DNA from: an uncultured Chlamydiae bacterium
GTDB lineage: Bacteria; Chlamydiota; Chlamydiia; Chlamydiales; JAJFMA01
DNA: 64,000 nucleotides
NCBI GenBank assembly: GCA_963713615.1
Contig: CAVQMM010000001.1
Location: 1,920,001-1,984,000 of the forward strand
Direction of reading: 5' to 3'
Shown: in pieces, positions 61,160-64,000 of the stretch
How positions within the stretch are numbered: the stretch's first letter is position 1
How the letters are laid out: each line of letters begins with the position of its first letter
Notes under the pieces: model-generated
What the model saw: the letters and a program-made list of their open reading frames with translations, nothing else
Told to the model about the DNA's origin: nothing
Databases searched by the model: none
Made by a program: the position numbers and the translations under genes

Positions 61160-61660
61160 TAACCGCCCCCTCTCCCCCTCTTGCCCGTGCCCATATGCGT
61201 TAAGCTAAGAGAATTAGGAATTTTCACCGTCGAGGCGTGCAGAAGTTCGTGGGGCTTTTTTAGGATTTTCACCGCCGAGACACCGAGATAGAAGAGAGGA
61301 TTAGGAGAGAATGTGCCGTTTGTGTGTCCTTGGGCAAAATTCTGCCCAAGGACACACAAACGGCACAGTGCTCAATCTAACTTTTTTGAGGACCTGTTCA
61401 GTTAGTACCGACTCTGGACAAAGTCCTGTCTAAGGGCACTACAGAATCGTTTTCCTGCGGGAACCCTTAGACTGGATTTTGTCCAGAGTCGGTACTAACT
61501 GAACATTCTCTCCTCTCTTTCCTATCTCGGTGTCTCGGCGCCTCGGCGGTAAAAATCCTAAAAAAGCCACACGAGCTTCCATACGCCTCGACAGTGAAAA
61601 TTCCTAATTCTTCTAACTTAACGCGCTTGGGCAGGGGCACGATGGGGAAGGGGGGGCACA
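61160..61660. repeat. Large compound palindrome with nested hairpin modules
   Basis: Arms aggattttcaccgccgagacaccgagatag / ctatctcggtgtctcggcgcctcggcggtaaaaatcct enclose two TGT...ACA hairpins. Confidence 0.8.
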
Positions 61661-61707
61661 GACGGAATGCAGCCGCTGAGCGGCCACATTCCAAAAATCA
61701 AAAGCTC

Positions 61708-61998
61708 TTAACGAACAGGTGCTGGCTGGTCATCTCGAATGTGCTTATTGATCTTCGCGTTCATTTTGAACATATCGATAGCTGCATTAGAACCAAAAAC
61801 TTTGGCTAATTTAGCGTCTGGCTCAATGTTACGACGATTGTCTTTCGCTTGAAGGTTGTGCTTCTTAATGTAATCCCACAAGCGCTTCGTAACTTCTGTA
61901 CGGGGAAGGGGTCCTGGTCCAACAATTGCTGCCAGTTCATCACTGACATTAACAGGCTTCATGAAAGCCGACGGCTTTTTTGGCTTAGCTGTTGTCAT
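61708..61998 (-). CDS. SWIB/MDM2 domain protein
   Basis: SAFMKP...LAAIVG..P.PRTEVTKRLWDYIKKHNLQ. Confidence 0.93.
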   Translation of the reverse strand: MTTAKPKKPSAFMKPVNVSDELAAIVGPGPLPRTEVTKRLWDYIKKHNLQAKDNRRNIEPDAKLAKVFGSNAAIDMFKMNAKINKHIRDDQPAPVR

Positions 61999-62634
61999 CT
62001 TTATTTGCTCCTTACTTTAGTTTGTGATGTCCTTGATCACCATCCACAGGAAAACTACATCCAGGGGACCTGAAACTAGGGCAGTTTGTATCGTTGTACC
62101 GATTTTCAAGTCAAAGTAAACATTCTACTTCTCCTGGCCTGCAGCTTCATAGCCCGGGGGGAATACTACATAAGGATACTGGTTGCCAGCGTTGTAAGCA
62201 ACTAGTAACATAGGCAGAAAGTTTTTTTGTGTTACGATCCTATCCAATGAAATGCCATGCGCTTTATATCAAGCGCGGTTAGATTTGACGCCAAAGCTCC
62301 TGGGTTGAACGATCGCAAGTGGGTGCATATTTCTAATATTGACCCACTTGCGATCGTTCAACCCCGGGGTTTTGGCGCAGTCGAATGTGTCAAATCTAAC
62401 TGTGCGTGGTATAAACTTAACGGTTGCCGACAACTGCAAAAGTGGTGAAAGAAAATGCCTTTATTAATTGCGGGCCGATTTATAGAATGGGGTAAGAGAA
62501 GTTCTATTGCTGTTAGGATAGGTTCACAGTGCATCTTCGGGGCAATGGTTACCATTACGACTCTAGAACCTATCCTTCCACTATATGCGACTTCAAACAA
62601 TTCTATCGATCTCGGTCTTAAGGGGGTTTCGCTT

Positions 62635-64000
62635 ATGCCTACTGAAATGCATGCCAGAAACCAAACGACAAGACGCCTGGAAAAAATTGAATCCTTGACA
62701 CGACTAACAGGCAAACTTCTTAAATCACATGACTGGAACGAACGCCTAGCCATTTTGAATGCCGAAGACGAGGTAAAATCTTTTCTTGCCCTTCACCCTA
62801 TCCTCAGTCGTTTCCTAGAACGCGTTTGTTCTGAGCAAGAATATGTTATTAAAGCCATTATAGCCATTGGTCAGGGCCCTATTGTACTCAATTTACCCGA
62901 GGACAATGATTCCTATTTTCCACTCCTACAACGTATTGCCCAAGACCTGGTTCCCGTAGAGACTTTTTATGATGCCATAGGAGGTCTGATCGGCTATCAC
63001 TTGGCCATTCTTCGGCTCATTGGCAGAGAAGATCTTGGCCCCTACGCACAGTCTGGAGCTATTCAATATAGTAAACCGCAGCACATTGACCTGCGACAGC
63101 TCACCCCTGAAGTGAAAAAAGCCATTCGACGCAGTATTGAGAATATGACATGCTTGGCGGAAGTGTATGTCGTCGGTGGTGCAGGCGACCGCCTAGACCT
63201 GCGCGACAGTAATACTAGAGAGCCTTTACCAGCAGCGCGTTTACAATTCCAAGGACGAACTCTTCTGGAAGGATTGGTCCGCGATGTACAGGCACGCGAG
63301 TATCTTCATTACAAACTTTTCCACCAGCAGGTAACCACTCCTATTGCCATGATGACGTCGGAAGAAAAAAATAATTACCAGCATATTCTAGCAATCTGTC
63401 GCGAGAGCAATTGGTTTGGGCGTCCGTCCGAATCCTTCTTCCTGTTCAGCCAACCCGGTACGCCAGTGGTCACAGAGGAGGGTAACTGGTCCCTAAAAGC
63501 ACCCCTAACACTAATGCTTAAGCCAGGCGGCCATGGAATGCTTTGGAAGCTGGCTGAAGACCGTGGAGTCTTTGACTGGCTCCTGCGGCAGCACCGGACC
63601 AAGCTATTGGTACGCCAGGTGAACAATCCAGTCGCTTGTTCGGATTATGGCACAATAGCCTTCTTAGGCTTCGGATTAATGGGCGAAAAGGGCTTTGGGA
63701 TGTCCTCCTGCGACCGTTTGGTAAACATGCCGGAGGGAATGAGTGCTCTAATCGAAACACGCTCTGGCACGGACTTTCAGTACCGCATGAGCAATATCGA
63801 GTATGTCGAATTAGCCAAGCGAGGAATCAAAGATCTACCAGCGACTCCGGGAAGTCAGAGCTCGGCCTTTCCTTCAAACACCAATATCTTGTTTGCAGAT
63901 GTCGACACCGTGCGGAAGACTCTTCCCACCTGTCCCTTTCCCGGCTTGCTCATCAATATGAAAACTGAAGTTCCATTTCTAGATGTCGATTGGTCCCTTA
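62635..64000 (+). CDS. UTP-glucose-1-phosphate uridylyltransferase-like protein (UGP3/chlamydial type), runs off the window end
   Basis: Translated by hand (absent from ORF track): FYDAIGGLIGYH, GGAGDRL, LLEGLVRDVQARE, PIAMMTS, KPGGHG. Confidence 0.85.
   Translation, partial: MPTEMHARNQTTRRLEKIESLTRLTGKLLKSHDWNERLAILNAEDEVKSFLALHPILSRFLERVCSEQEYVIKAIIAIGQGPIVLNLPEDNDSYFPLLQRIAQDLVPVETFYDAIGGLIGYHLAILRLIGREDLGPYAQSGAIQYSKPQHIDLRQLTPEVKKAIRRSIENMTCLAEVYVVGGAGDRLDLRDSNTREPLPAARLQFQGRTLLEGLVRDVQAREYLHYKLFHQQVTTPIAMMTSEEKNNYQHILAICRESNWFGRPSESFFLFSQPGTPVVTEEGNWSLKAPLTLMLKPGGHGMLWKLAEDRGVFDWLLRQHRTKLLVRQVNNPVACSDYGTIAFLGFGLMGEKGFGMSSCDRLVNMPEGMSALIETRSGTDFQYRMSNIEYVELAKRGIKDLPATPGSQSSAFPSNTNILFADVDTVRKTLPTCPFPGLLINMKTEVPFLDVDWSL

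Overview
Chromosomal window from what looks like an environmental member of the Chlamydiae. This is inferred from chlamydia-typical syntenic blocks: rnpB next to a CT398-like zinc-ribbon gene, glyA-clpP-dapF-UPF0158, and SWIB-metallophosphoesterase-ispD-truA-lipoprotein. Core genes are interspersed with accessory genes, several large putative secreted effectors, one complete IS66, and an unusually dense, nested population of REP-like palindromes and MITEs. Two things stand out. (1) A seven-gene chorismate/Phe/Tyr operon (50254->43579) is preceded by two tandem leader-peptide attenuators that are absent from the ORF track. Each has a Phe/Tyr-rich mini-ORF, an antiterminator strand, an internal hairpin and an intrinsic terminator. 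(2) A GxxExxY (PD-(D/E)XK-type) gene is bracketed by two tandem arrays (75-bp and 87-bp units) that share a ~54-bp core in inverted orientation. Also notable are a Russian-doll stack of mobile elements with readable target-site duplications (TSDs), a YopT-like protease effector, and three proteins that appear to have lost catalytic residues (OLD/Toprim, haloperoxidase, dual-specificity phosphatase). All family calls come from motif recognition by eye; no database searches were run.
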